NCBI GenBank assembly: GCA_005878485.1
Contig: VBMG01000040.1
Coordinates: forward strand, 1-50,975
Direction: 5' to 3'
Source of the DNA: Methanobacteriota archaeon
GTDB taxonomy: Archaea > Thermoplasmatota > Thermoplasmata > RBG-16-68-12
Length of the DNA: 50,975 nt
Shown piece by piece: positions 33,973 to 44,104 of the stretch. The notes beneath the pieces were generated by a model. That model did no database searches. It saw only the letters and a list, made by a program, of their open reading frames with translations, and had not been told where the DNA came from. A program made the translations under genes and the position numbers. How positions within the stretch are numbered: the first letter of the stretch is position 1; every line of letters begins with the position of its first letter.

Positions 33973-34163
33973 CGGGTCACCTCAGGCCGCCGTGCCAGAG
34001 GCGTCGGGGCCATAACCCTTTCGCTTTCGAGGCTCACCGAACCCGGGCCGACGCGGGAACGTAATGTATATCTAACGGGTGCAGCCCATCAGGGCTCCAC
34101 CTAGTCAACGAGAACGCTCAACCGTACTACGCGCGCAACGAGGGGGAAAGGGTAGGGGGAACG

Positions 34164-35738
34164 ATGGCGAAGTACGTGCTCGCCGCCGACTATACACTGA
34201 TGACGGACTACCGGAACGTGCCGTTGGCGACGTTCTTCAGTTGCATCCCGACGGACTACTGGCAATCCCGCCTCGTGTTCCGGATCCTCGCGGATCCTCC
34301 CAAACTGGACGCGAACGGCCTGCCGATCCGGGTCCCGTACGGCCTTCGGAAGATTGAGGCCTCACTCGCACGGACATACGGCCGGGACCAAGTCGTGATC
34401 GCCGACCCCCGGACCGTGGCACAGCACATCGACGACGAAACGGAGGTGGTTGGACTTCACTCGATGGACCCACTCGGCCTCGGGCCAGTCAGCATGTCGT
34501 TCACGATGGGCGGCGTCCTCACTCCATACACGAAAGCGATGTTCCTCGACCTCATCCAGCGCGTCCAGCGGCCGAACCGGAAGTACAAAATCGTCTTGGG
34601 CGGGCCCGGCGCGTGGCACTTCGACTACCGTCAGGACATGCAGGAGAGCCTCGGCATCGACCATATCGTGCACGGCGAGGTCGACCATCTCGTCCCGGAA
34701 ATCTTCGATCGAATCGTGAACGACCACGCTCCACCGGTCATGCGCTTCACGAACGCAACCGCGCCAACGGTCGACAAGATCCCGAAAATCCTCGGGCCGA
34801 CGATGCATGCGATGAACGAGGTGATGCGGGGGTGCGGTCGGGGTTGCGAGTTCTGCGAGGTCACCCTCCGGCGTCCGAGGTACTTCCCCTTCGACTACAT
34901 CGGCGACGAGATCGCTATGAACACGAAGATTGGCCAGTCGTCCATCCAGCTCCACTCGGACGACATCTTCCTCTACAACCTCGAGAACTGGAAGACGATG
35001 GAACCGAACGAGGACGCCGTGAAGGACCTCTTCCGGTTCGTCATGGCGCAGCCCGGCGTCAGCCATTGCTACCCGACCCACGGCACACTGAGCGCCGCGG
35101 TCACGAACCCCGATCTCATCCGGGACATCTCGACCATCGTCCACGCCGGACCCGACAAGTGGGTCGGCATCCAGAGCGGAATCGAGACGGGGAGCCCGAG
35201 CCTCTCGCGGGCCGTGTTGCACCGGAAGGCGGCCCCGTTCACCGCCGAGGAATGGCCGGACATCGTGGTCCAGGGGACGGAGATCCTGAACCGCAACTAC
35301 TGGTATCCCGCGTTTACAATTATCTTGGGCCTGCCGGGGGAAACCCCGGAAGACGCTTGGATGACCGTCGATCTAATCGACCGCATGGAACAAATCCCGG
35401 ACGGTCACTTCGTCACGGCGCCCCTCACGTTCGTCCCGATCGGCGTGCTGCGCGGCGAGGCGTTCTACAACCTCGACGAGATGATCGACGAGTCGCGGTT
35501 CAACGTCGCATACCGCGCTTGGCGGCACGTGCTCCTGGAAATCGACCAGGATCTTTGGCGCCTCACGCGCCTCCCCGCCCCGATGAAGGCGCTCATCGTC
35601 GTGACCGCGCGCATCGGTGGCCGATACATCCTCGACATCATGCATCGCTACGCGCGGCGCAAAGGGTTCCGCATCCGCGCGCCATCGACGACGAGGCGTC
35701 AGGCCGAGGGACACACGGTCACCTTCCCCGCCGGGTAG
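34164..35738 (+). CDS. B12-binding-type radical SAM protein, archaeal family resembling GDGT-modifying Grs/Gms enzymes
   Basis: CxxxCxxC in RGCGRGCEFC; N-terminal motifs LAADYTLM, PYGLRKIEA, DPLGLGP, GGPGAW; GIETGS; GLPGET. Radical SAM call is firm; the lipid role is inferred. Confidence 0.75.
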   Translation: MAKYVLAADYTLMTDYRNVPLATFFSCIPTDYWQSRLVFRILADPPKLDANGLPIRVPYGLRKIEASLARTYGRDQVVIADPRTVAQHIDDETEVVGLHSMDPLGLGPVSMSFTMGGVLTPYTKAMFLDLIQRVQRPNRKYKIVLGGPGAWHFDYRQDMQESLGIDHIVHGEVDHLVPEIFDRIVNDHAPPVMRFTNATAPTVDKIPKILGPTMHAMNEVMRGCGRGCEFCEVTLRRPRYFPFDYIGDEIAMNTKIGQSSIQLHSDDIFLYNLENWKTMEPNEDAVKDLFRFVMAQPGVSHCYPTHGTLSAAVTNPDLIRDISTIVHAGPDKWVGIQSGIETGSPSLSRAVLHRKAAPFTAEEWPDIVVQGTEILNRNYWYPAFTIILGLPGETPEDAWMTVDLIDRMEQIPDGHFVTAPLTFVPIGVLRGEAFYNLDEMIDESRFNVAYRAWRHVLLEIDQDLWRLTRLPAPMKALIVVTARIGGRYILDIMHRYARRKGFRIRAPSTTRRQAEGHTVTFPAG

Positions 35739-35749
35739 ATTCGCGGGAC

Positions 35750-35995
35750 TCAGGCGCCGTCAACGACCCAGGCGAGGTACTGATTCGCCTTCGCCTCGGC
35801 GCCCTCCTCGCCCATGACGGACGGAAGGGTGCGCTCGCGGAGGAGTTGAACGATTTTCACGAGGTCCGTCCGCGTGAGACTCACGGGATCGGCCCGGACA
35901 TCTCGGAGTCGTTTCCGAAGCATTGCGGGTGCCATGTCTCCCCAGATGGCCCGCATGTCGGCCACAATGAGGTCGTACGCCGTCTGCACACCCAC
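35750..35995 (-). CDS. Small helical hypothetical protein (81 aa)
   Basis: Co-oriented 4 nt after the upstream membrane protein gene. Pattern G..AP.ML.K.L......P..LT..DL..IV..L resembles small archaeal signalling domains. Confidence 0.6.
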   Translation of the reverse strand: MGVQTAYDLIVADMRAIWGDMAPAMLRKRLRDVRADPVSLTRTDLVKIVQLLRERTLPSVMGEEGAEAKANQYLAWVVDGA

Positions 35996-35999
35996 GGTC

Positions 36000-36293
36000 T
36001 CACGCTTCGGCCTTCATCTGATGGGCGCTGAGCCATGCGCTGTACCCGACGTAGAATAGGACGATGAGGGCAACGAGTTGAAAAGCGTCGGGCAGGAACG
36101 TGTCGGGAAACAGGATGCGCGTCGCGGCGCTCAGGCTCAGGGCAATCCCGACCGCCGCGAGGCCGATGCTCAGACGATGTAGGAGGCCCCCGCGCATCAT
36201 CCGGACCCCTCGGTGGGCGACGAGGAACGTGCCGAGGACGCCACAGGAGATGCTCAAGACGAGGATCACGAATTGTTCCGCCGAAACGATCAC
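36000..36293 (-). CDS. Small three-TM membrane protein
   Basis: Three hydrophobic segments; CTTAAG TATA-like element at 36330-36335. Confidence 0.65.
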   Translation of the reverse strand: MIVSAEQFVILVLSISCGVLGTFLVAHRGVRMMRGGLLHRLSIGLAAVGIALSLSAATRILFPDTFLPDAFQLVALIVLFYVGYSAWLSAHQMKAEA

Positions 36294-36367
36294 GGGATCG
36301 AGCGTGGAATCGACGCTAGCGGATTGGCCCTTAAGTCTGCGCCCTTCGGACTCAGCCGTGAGAATAA

Positions 36368-37243
36368 TCAGCCCTCGAGACGCGCGGTGACCGATTCGCC
36401 CCCCACCTGGACAAAGCCCATCTTGCGGTACAACGCAATCGCGGGATCGTTGCCGATGGTCACGTACAACGCGAGTCGCGGCTCATCCCGCGCCGCGAGG
36501 CGATGCATCGAGGCCTGCAACAGCCCCCGGCCGAGTCCTTTACCACGGTGGTCTTTCGACACTCCGAGTTCCGCGACCAGGGGCATGCCCATCCAGTGCG
36601 TGATTAGGATCGCTCCAACGATCCGACCCCCTTCCAACGCCACGTAGGACGCGTCGGGCATGTACTGCCCGGAATCGCCCTTGAAGAGTCCCGCCACGTA
36701 GCCCCGCCACTCCTCCTCCGCGCCCACGTGAATTCCGTGCTGTTGCTCCATGTGGCCGTCGTAGACCTGCATCAGGAACGCCGTGAGACCCAGGACCTCC
36801 GCCTCCTCGGGAGGCTGCAACGTGATGCTGACCGCGGCGGACCTCTTCGTCGGGGCTTCCATCCGCATCCGTGCGAAGCTCCGCCGAAACCCGAGGGATG
36901 TGAACGCGGGTTCATAGACGTCCTCGAAGTGCCCCGTGATGACTGTGGCGCCTCCGGCCCGGAGCAGATCGACGGCCTTCAGGAGGGTCACGGCGGCTTC
37001 ACCGGCGAACGCCGGCTCCATGGAGAACCCCGAAATCTCCGACGGCCCGAGCCGCAAGGTCCCGATGATGCGGCCGTCTCTCTTGACCGAGAAGTGCGAC
37101 CGCTGATCCTCCGGAGGAAGGGCGAGGAAACGGTCGAGATGGACCTTCAGATCACGCGTCGGAAGATCCGTGCGCCCCGCCACGAACGTCCTCCAGTACG
37201 AATGGGCGTCCGACGTCTGAAGGGGCTCCAAGGTCACGGCCAC
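36368..37243 (-). CDS. GNAT family acetyltransferase (tandem GNAT-like domains)
   Basis: LGVSKDHRGKGLGRGLL and NDPAIALYRKMGF. Start reassigned to the GTG at 37243. Confidence 0.85.
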   Translation of the reverse strand: MAVTLEPLQTSDAHSYWRTFVAGRTDLPTRDLKVHLDRFLALPPEDQRSHFSVKRDGRIIGTLRLGPSEISGFSMEPAFAGEAAVTLLKAVDLLRAGGATVITGHFEDVYEPAFTSLGFRRSFARMRMEAPTKRSAAVSITLQPPEEAEVLGLTAFLMQVYDGHMEQQHGIHVGAEEEWRGYVAGLFKGDSGQYMPDASYVALEGGRIVGAILITHWMGMPLVAELGVSKDHRGKGLGRGLLQASMHRLAARDEPRLALYVTIGNDPAIALYRKMGFVQVGGESVTARLEG

Positions 37244-37323
37244 GCGCCCCGCGAGGGATCCGCGGGAAATCAAGGTTGGGGCCGCGGAGATTTTATCCGG
37301 CGGAAGGACCTTCGACGCCGCAG

Positions 37324-38460
37324 ATGGACTTCGCGCTGACCGAGACCCAGGAAATCACGCGCAAGTCGGTCCGCGATTTCACCGAGCAGGAGATCATCCC
37401 GCGATCCCACGAGTTCGACGAGAGCCAGGAATTCCCACACGATTGGGCGAAGAAAATGGGGGAGCTTGGCCTCCTGGGGGTCTTCGTCCCCGAGAAGTAC
37501 GGAGGGGCGGGCCTCGACACGGTCTCCTACGCGATCACGATCGAGGAACTCTCCCGCGGCGATGCAAGCGCCGGCGTGATCGCGGCGGTCTGCAACGGCC
37601 TCGTGTGCGAGCCGCTGCTCCGCTACGGCACCGAGGATCAGAAAGAGCGGTATCTCGGCCGCGTCGCCCGCGGAGAATGGCTCGGCGCGTACGCCCTCAC
37701 GGAGCCGGGGAGCGGCTCCGACGCTGCCGCAATGCGAACAACCGGGAAGCTGGAGGGGGATGCGTGGATCCTGAACGGCACCAAGACGTTCGCGACGAAC
37801 GCCTCCGTGGCCAAGGTCATCATCACGTATGCTCGCACGGGTCCCAAGAAACACGACATCTCCGCCTTCATCGTGCCCGCAGCGTCGAAGGGGTTTTCCG
37901 TCCTGAAGAAGGAGGACAAGATGGGGATCCGCGCGAGCGACACGGTGACCCTCGGCTTCGACAGCATGCGGATCCCGAAGGACAACCTCCTAGGGGGACT
38001 GCACAAAGGCTTCACGATTGCGATGGCGACGCTCGACGGCGGGCGGATCGGGATCGCGGCCCAAGCCTTGGGCATCGCACAACGGGCCTTGGAGGAGGCG
38101 ACGAGGTACGCGCGCGAACGGGAGGCGTTCGACCAGAAAATTGCGGAGTTTCAGGCGATTCAGTGGAAGCTCGCGGACATGGCCACGGAAATTGATGCGG
38201 CGCGACTCCTGACCTACAAAGCCGCGCACCTCGAGGACTTGGGCCGGCGACACACGTACGAGTCGAGCGTCGCGAAACTGTTCGCATCCGAGGCAGCTCA
38301 CCGCGCGGTCGACTCCGCGGTCCAGATTCACGGCGGCTACGGGTTCATCAAGGATTACGTCGTCGAGAAGCTCTACCGGGACCAGCGGGTCACGGAGATC
38401 TATGAGGGGACGTCAGAAATCCAGCGGCTCGTCATCGCACGTGCGGTTCTTGGGAAGTGA
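37324..38460 (+). CDS. Acyl-CoA dehydrogenase (short/branched-chain type)
   Basis: ALTEPGSGSDA, LNGTKTF, KMGIRAS, QIHGGYG, IYEGTSEIQR. TTTTAT upstream of the ATG at 37324. Confidence 0.95.
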   Translation: MDFALTETQEITRKSVRDFTEQEIIPRSHEFDESQEFPHDWAKKMGELGLLGVFVPEKYGGAGLDTVSYAITIEELSRGDASAGVIAAVCNGLVCEPLLRYGTEDQKERYLGRVARGEWLGAYALTEPGSGSDAAAMRTTGKLEGDAWILNGTKTFATNASVAKVIITYARTGPKKHDISAFIVPAASKGFSVLKKEDKMGIRASDTVTLGFDSMRIPKDNLLGGLHKGFTIAMATLDGGRIGIAAQALGIAQRALEEATRYAREREAFDQKIAEFQAIQWKLADMATEIDAARLLTYKAAHLEDLGRRHTYESSVAKLFASEAAHRAVDSAVQIHGGYGFIKDYVVEKLYRDQRVTEIYEGTSEIQRLVIARAVLGK

Positions 38461-39238
38461 ACGGGAGAACGCCCACGATCGCTGGTATCGGGCGGTCGCG
38501 CCGTATTACGACCAACTGTCCGACCGATTGCGGACCGCGCGAGCCTACCCGTTCCTGCAACATCTCTTCCTGCGGTACGGCCCCATCCATGAGGTCCTCG
38601 ATGTCGCATGTGGCAGCTTCGCGTTGGACCTCCCGTTGGTGAGGCGCGGGTACCAGGTGGTGGGTCGGGATCGATCCAAGGACATGCTCCGCGTCGCCCG
38701 CGGCGCGTTGAAGGCGGTCGGACGGGACGTGGACCTCGACGAAGCGGATATGCGGACCCTCCACCTGACCCGCGAATTCGACGCCCTGCTCTGCCTCGGG
38801 ACGGCCTTCAACTACGTCACATCCCCATCGGATGTCCGAAGGACACTCGCCGTCTTCCGCCGCCATCTGCGGGGCGGGGGATTGCTGGTCCTCGACTTGA
38901 CGAACTTCGATGCGTGGATCCGCCATCCACAGAACGCACGGGCCGTGGTGGACCACCGGGCCCCTGATGGCACCCGGATTGCGATTTTCGCCTTCAACGA
39001 ACAAGAACGCCGCAAGAAAATTCATCAGGCGCGCTTCCTGACCTTGGTCCAGAAAGGCCGAAGGATCGATATTCGTTTCGACGAGACGCCCCTTCGAATC
39101 TGGGCGAAACCGGAACTTGATCGTGCTCTCCGAACGGCAGGGTTTCGACCGGCCGAGTGGTGGGGCGATCTCCGGCTCGGTGCGAAATACGACCGGGGTC
39201 GCAGCCCGCGGCTCGTGTCGGTGGCCGTGCGGACCTGA
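38441..39238 (+). CDS. Class I SAM-dependent methyltransferase
   Basis: VLDVACGS, GRDRS, DMR, FDALLCLGTAFNY, LRGGGLLVLD. Start uncertain (GTG 38441). Confidence 0.85.
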   Translation: MRFLGSERENAHDRWYRAVAPYYDQLSDRLRTARAYPFLQHLFLRYGPIHEVLDVACGSFALDLPLVRRGYQVVGRDRSKDMLRVARGALKAVGRDVDLDEADMRTLHLTREFDALLCLGTAFNYVTSPSDVRRTLAVFRRHLRGGGLLVLDLTNFDAWIRHPQNARAVVDHRAPDGTRIAIFAFNEQERRKKIHQARFLTLVQKGRRIDIRFDETPLRIWAKPELDRALRTAGFRPAEWWGDLRLGAKYDRGRSPRLVSVAVRT

Positions 39239-39309
39239 CGAGCGGACGGATACTCGCGGTTCGCCCGGAGAGAGAACCCTTATCCCGTTCTGCCGGTTCG
39301 CGGGGCCGG

Positions 39310-40041
39310 ATGGCGACGCGCGTACTCTACATGGAGGAGCGCCGAGGTCAGAATCCGGATCCCTGCTACCTTCGCGAGTTCGACGCCAAAGTCGTCGACC
39401 GCGGCCCCGATTTCGTCGTCTTGGATCAGACCGCCTTCTACGCGGAGGGCGGCGGCCAGCCGGACGATACGGGCATGTTCCGATGGACGGGGGGCGAGTC
39501 GAGAGTACTCCGTGTCACGAAGGACAAGGGCGTGATCCGTCACCACGTGGACCGGATGCCCGCGGCCGACGAGGTCCATGGCGTCGTCGACTGGGACCGG
39601 CGATACAAGCACATGCGCATGCACACGTCCCAGCACCTCATGTCGGGCCTCGTCTTCCGGATTTTCGGAGCCCGTACGGTCGGCAACCAGATCCACACGG
39701 ACTACAGCCGCGTGGATTTTCAGCCGGCGAGCTTCGGGCCTGAGGAGATCAAGCGAATCGAGGACGCGTGCAATCAGGTCATCGCCGACGGACAAGACGT
39801 CCGAATCTTCGAAGAGGATCGCGTGGTCGTCCAGAACAAAATCGAGGATCGAGCCCTCTTGGACCTCATCCCCGCTTCCGTCCGGCGCTTGCGGATCATC
39901 CAGATCGGCGAGACGGACTACTGTCCGTGCGGCGGGACCCACTTGAAGAACGCATCGGAGATCGGGAAGGTCCACATCCTCGAGAAGCGGTCGAAGGGGA
40001 GGGAGACGGACCGCATCATCTACGAGCTCCTTCCCGCGTAG
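39310..40041 (+). CDS. alaXM: Alanyl-tRNA editing protein, AlaX-M type
   Basis: LDQTAFYAEGGGQP.DTG; HTSQH and CGGTH zinc-binding motifs. Confidence 0.9.
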   Translation: MATRVLYMEERRGQNPDPCYLREFDAKVVDRGPDFVVLDQTAFYAEGGGQPDDTGMFRWTGGESRVLRVTKDKGVIRHHVDRMPAADEVHGVVDWDRRYKHMRMHTSQHLMSGLVFRIFGARTVGNQIHTDYSRVDFQPASFGPEEIKRIEDACNQVIADGQDVRIFEEDRVVVQNKIEDRALLDLIPASVRRLRIIQIGETDYCPCGGTHLKNASEIGKVHILEKRSKGRETDRIIYELLPA

Positions 40042-40104
40042 GCAATTCTCACGGAGAATCGGGGGCGAGCCCTTATGGACGCCTAGCTTCTTCATCGTCC
40101 CGAC

Positions 40105-41040
40105 ATGAAGGTGGGCGTCGTCGGCGTCGGAAGAGTCGGGGGCGCAATTGCGTTCGCGCTCGCGCGAGAGGGCGATTGGGACGAGCTGGTCCTGGTCGAC
40201 GCGGTCAAGGACCTCGCCAGGGCCCAGGCGGAGGACATCCGCCACGGACTTCGCGTCTCGACCCAACCCGTGATCCGAGCCGGGTCGATCGACGACCTGT
40301 CCGAGTCGGAAGTGGTGGTCCTGTGCGCGGGACAGGGTCGGAAACCGGGGATGACCCGCCTCGATCTCCTACATGCGAACGCGGGGCTCGTCGCCGAGCT
40401 AAGCCGCGAAATCGCCCACGCCGCAACGACCGCGAGCCTCGTCGTCCTGACGAATCCGATGGATGTCATGACCACGATCGCGTGGCGGTCTACCGGATGG
40501 CCTCGGACGCGCGTGCTCGGCTCCGGGACGCTCCTCGATTCTCTTCGGCTTCGGATGATTCTCGCCGACCGCCTGAAAGTCCCCGCCGTGAGGGTCTCCG
40601 CAACCGCGATTGGCGAACACGGACAACGCATCGTGCCCGTGTTCAGCCGAGCGAGGGTGGAGGGCCGTCGGCTGACCTTGTCGCCACAAGAGAAGGAGGA
40701 AATCACACAAAGACTCCGCGAGGTAAGCAGCCGCATTGTCGAGCTGAAAGGCGGGACGGAATTCGGACCCGCCGGAACCACGGCCGACCTGATCGCCGCG
40801 CTCGTCGGTCCACGGCCGCGAGTCGTCCCGTGCTCCGTCGTCCTACAAGGCGAGTACGGCGTCCAGGACGTCGCGATCGGCGTCCCCGCGGTTGTCGGGA
40901 CAAGACGGGTGCTCGCTTTGGAAGAGTGGCCGCTATCCAACGATGAGAGGGCCGCCTTCGACGAGGCGACGCGCGACCTGAAAGCTTTCGCGGAGGATGC
41001 CGCCGTCCTCCTTCAGCTCGTCCCTAAGCCGCTGCGATGA
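40105..41040 (+). CDS. mdh: LDH-like malate dehydrogenase
   Basis: GVGRVG, RKPGMTRLDLL (Arg specificity residue), TNPMD, LDSLR, GEHG. Confidence 0.85.
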   Translation: MKVGVVGVGRVGGAIAFALAREGDWDELVLVDAVKDLARAQAEDIRHGLRVSTQPVIRAGSIDDLSESEVVVLCAGQGRKPGMTRLDLLHANAGLVAELSREIAHAATTASLVVLTNPMDVMTTIAWRSTGWPRTRVLGSGTLLDSLRLRMILADRLKVPAVRVSATAIGEHGQRIVPVFSRARVEGRRLTLSPQEKEEITQRLREVSSRIVELKGGTEFGPAGTTADLIAALVGPRPRVVPCSVVLQGEYGVQDVAIGVPAVVGTRRVLALEEWPLSNDERAAFDEATRDLKAFAEDAAVLLQLVPKPLR

Positions 41041-41061
41041 TCCCCGTGTCCCGGTCGGCCT

Positions 41062-41343
41062 TCAGAGGTCGACGGGCTTCGTGCCGTCCCAGACCTTTCG
41101 GGCACCTTTCTCGACGGCGGGGATGAGGAGGTCCCGCTTCGACTTGGTCGGGATGATGAAGTACTCCTCGACGGGACCCGCATCCGAGAGGAGGACGAGT
41201 TTGACCTTTCCCCCCTCCATGACCTCCCCCGTCTCCGAGTCGAGGTAACGGTACCGGACATATCGGCCGCGGTCGATGAGGGAGCGGACTTCGAGCTCGC
41301 CTTTCTTCGTACGCGTGAGGACCTCGTCAGGGAAGTCGGTCAT
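41062..41343 (-). CDS. Hypothetical protein (93 aa)
   Basis: Typical codon usage from the ATG at 41343 (MTDFPDEVLTRTKKG...). Confidence 0.65.
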   Translation of the reverse strand: MTDFPDEVLTRTKKGELEVRSLIDRGRYVRYRYLDSETGEVMEGGKVKLVLLSDAGPVEEYFIIPTKSKRDLLIPAVEKGARKVWDGTKPVDL

Positions 41344-41522
41344 CGGGTTCACGTTTCCGAGAGCGAGATTCCGGGCAAAAAGCCGAAGCATCGACCCCCA
41401 AACGGACCTTGATTGCGAACGGTGATTCTCATGCCCGATAATTTGGGTAGAACGCTTATCCAACGCCGGCGTCTCAGGGCTCCCGAATGAACGACAGCTA
41501 CGACACGGGCGGTCGAGTGACC

Positions 41523-41882
41523 ATGGAGAAAATCGCAACAAAGCAGCCCTACGAGTTGCTGCTGATGTTGGGAGGCGCCTTGGCCATCCTCTTGACCCTC
41601 GTGCTCACGGGACTCCAATGGTACCCGAAGATTCCGACCGGGACCGTGCTGCAAACTGAGGCGGTGACCCTCGTCATCAACGTCGTCCTCGGCGCAGCGC
41701 TGTATGTGTCAGCGGCAATTGTGCGAAAGAACCTGATAAATGGCGCGATCGTGGCCGGCGTCGTAAGCGTGATCCTCCTCGCGTACGGCGGCCAAGCCGG
41801 GACGATCAGCGGCATCGTCGGGATCCTGGGCGCAATTCTCGCCGCGGCAAGCCCCTACATGCCGAAATCGCGGCAGCACTAA
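41523..41882 (+). CDS. Small four-TM membrane protein
   Basis: Four hydrophobic segments. Start at 41523 or 41487. Confidence 0.7.
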   Translation: MEKIATKQPYELLLMLGGALAILLTLVLTGLQWYPKIPTGTVLQTEAVTLVINVVLGAALYVSAAIVRKNLINGAIVAGVVSVILLAYGGQAGTISGIVGILGAILAAASPYMPKSRQH

Positions 41883-42060
41883 GCGGCGACGGGACACACG
41901 GGACCGGAATCTGCGGAATAGCCGGACGGCTACGCGTCCGCCGCCTCCCCGCGGCAACCCGGTCCACGGCCTCGCGCGCACGATCCGTGCGACCCGAACC
42001 GGGGTGCTCGGTGCCACAACGTTGAAGTCCTCATGGACTCCTACGTTCTCCCGGTGGGCC

Positions 42061-42426
42061 ATGGGCAGCAAGTACACGGACATCCAGGTGAAAGGGTCCG
42101 TCGAGAACGTCCAAAACCTCGTTCAGCACGCATTCGGTGCGAATGGGTTTCAAGTCAAGTGGGACGGGCCGACGAAAGGGAAAGCCGAAAAAGGCAGCAA
42201 GGGCGCGAACTTGATGCTGGGAGCGCTATCGCAGTACTACGGCGTCGACTTCGAGATCGCCCCAAATCCGAACGGCGCCATCTTGCGACTCGTGAAATCG
42301 AACACTGGGTGGGCCGGCGGCTACCTCGGCGCCCGAAAGGTGGAGAAGCAATTCCAGCAACTCGGCGATACACTCGCGGCCTGGTTCCAGCAGCAAGGCG
42401 TCCTCCTCGGCCGGGCGAGTGATTAG
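42061..42426 (+). CDS. Hypothetical protein (121 aa)
   Basis: Natural-looking composition from the ATG at 42061; GSKGANLMLGAL and GWAGGYLGA segments. Confidence 0.65.
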   Translation: MGSKYTDIQVKGSVENVQNLVQHAFGANGFQVKWDGPTKGKAEKGSKGANLMLGALSQYYGVDFEIAPNPNGAILRLVKSNTGWAGGYLGARKVEKQFQQLGDTLAAWFQQQGVLLGRASD

Positions 42427-42668
42427 TCCCGTCGCCGTCGCTCGAATAATGTCTCGCCGGAACACTGGACGCGCTCGATCTTGTAATACGGCAGGCGGGC
42501 CGACGCGGTCGTGAAGTAGCGCCGCTCGAGGCCGACGATCTCGGAACCGCGAATCATTACGAAGCCTTCCGACTGAGTCCGATCGCGGTACCATAGAACC
42601 GCGTCGGCAATCCGGCTCGGCTCGCGCCATCGCAACTCATTCAGGATGTCACGGGCCGTCCGGTCCAT
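42423..42668 (-). CDS. DUF504 / MJ1316-like RNA-repair-associated small protein
   Basis: ARDILNELRW, YRDR, LPYYKI.RV...GE.LFERR pattern. Confidence 0.75.
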   Translation of the reverse strand: MDRTARDILNELRWREPSRIADAVLWYRDRTQSEGFVMIRGSEIVGLERRYFTTASARLPYYKIERVQCSGETLFERRRRD

Positions 42669-42742
42669 GGCGTCGATATACGCACGCGGGTTCTCGAACC
42701 TCGCGGCGCAAAGACCATATCGGCCGGACCGGTTCGGTATCC

Positions 42743-44047
42743 ATGGACTACCCGCCGCGCGTGCGGGCCTTACTCGATCGCGCGCAGGCGGACGGAGGGG
42801 ACACCGTCGTCGTCCGCGCAAAGGGCGAGCGGTACGAGGGCACCCTCATGCCCCACCACGGGTTCAGCGGCGAGGACATCCTCACCGTGAAGCTGCCGAG
42901 CGGGTACAACATCGGCATCGCGGTCGGGGACATCGACGCGGTCGAGGTCACGGCGAAGCACGAGGCGACGCGGGCGGAGCGACGGCTTCCCCCGCCGACG
43001 AAAGACAAACTGACCGTCGCGGTCCTCGGAACGGGAGGGACGATAGCGTCCTACGTCGACTACCGAACGGGCGCCGTCCATCCGGCCGTGACCGCTGAGG
43101 AACTCGTCTTCAGCGTCCCGGAACTCCTAGAGGTCTGCAACGTCCGGGCACGGGTCATCTATAGCATCTTCAGCGAGAACCTGAAACCGGAGAACTGGCA
43201 GCACCTCGCCCGGGAAGTGGCGAAGGAACTCAGCTCCGGCGCCGCGGGCGTCATCATCCCCCAAGGCACGGACACGCTCCATTTCACGACCGCCGCGCTC
43301 AGCTTCATGGTGCGCGACCTGACCGGCCCGGTCGTCGTCGTCGGGGCGCAGCGATCAAGCGACCGGCCGTCGTCGGATTCCGCATTGAACCTGTTGAGCG
43401 CGGCCCACGTCTCCGTTGCGAACCTCGGTGAAGTCGTCGCGGTGATGCACGGGGAGACGAGCGACACGTTCGGCCAGATTCACCGCGGCACGAAGGTCCG
43501 CAAGATGCATTCCTCACGGAGGGATGCGTTCCGGTCCCTGAACGCGACACCGCTTGGCCGCGTCCACCCGGACGGCACGGTCGAGCTGACGGATCGCGCC
43601 TTGCCGCGTGCCCGCGGCCCCACGAAGGTCGATGACGCGCTCGAGACGAAGGTCGCCCTCGTGACCTTTTATCCGGGCCAGCGGCCGACCGAACTGGAGG
43701 CGATTCTCCAGGGGCTTCGCGGCATCGTGATCGCGGGCACCGGGTTGGGCCATGTCGCCCACGACCTGATCCCAATCCTCCATCGGGCGACGCGCGACGG
43801 GGTGGCCGTCGTCATGACGACCCAGACCCTCCAGGGACGTGTGAGCATGCGCGTGTACGACACGGGCCGAGATCTCTTGAAGGCGGGAGTCATCGAGGGC
43901 CAGGACATGACGCCGGAGACGGCCTACGTGAAACTGATGTGGGTCCTCGGACACACCCGCGATCATGCGGAGGTCGCCAGCGCCATGGCGACGAACGTCG
44001 CCGGCGAGATCAACCCGAGGATCGGCCTCGACGAGTTCGCCGAGTGA
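42743..44047 (+). CDS. gatD: Glu-tRNA(Gln) amidotransferase subunit D
   Basis: KLPSGYNIG N-domain, TGGTIASYVDYRTGAV, GTDT, GAQRSSDRPSSD, KMHSSRRDAF. Confidence 0.95.
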   Translation: MDYPPRVRALLDRAQADGGDTVVVRAKGERYEGTLMPHHGFSGEDILTVKLPSGYNIGIAVGDIDAVEVTAKHEATRAERRLPPPTKDKLTVAVLGTGGTIASYVDYRTGAVHPAVTAEELVFSVPELLEVCNVRARVIYSIFSENLKPENWQHLAREVAKELSSGAAGVIIPQGTDTLHFTTAALSFMVRDLTGPVVVVGAQRSSDRPSSDSALNLLSAAHVSVANLGEVVAVMHGETSDTFGQIHRGTKVRKMHSSRRDAFRSLNATPLGRVHPDGTVELTDRALPRARGPTKVDDALETKVALVTFYPGQRPTELEAILQGLRGIVIAGTGLGHVAHDLIPILHRATRDGVAVVMTTQTLQGRVSMRVYDTGRDLLKAGVIEGQDMTPETAYVKLMWVLGHTRDHAEVASAMATNVAGEINPRIGLDEFAE

Positions 44048-44104
44048 AGGGCACTCGAGGCGCGCTCGGTAAGCTTATCCCGCGCCCGGGATTCGGCACG
44101 TCAG

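Noticed and set aside
41883..42060. GC-rich intergenic stretch as a possible tRNA or ncRNA
   Set aside because: No cloverleaf, T-loop or other recognisable RNA motif by eye; a covariance search would be needed.
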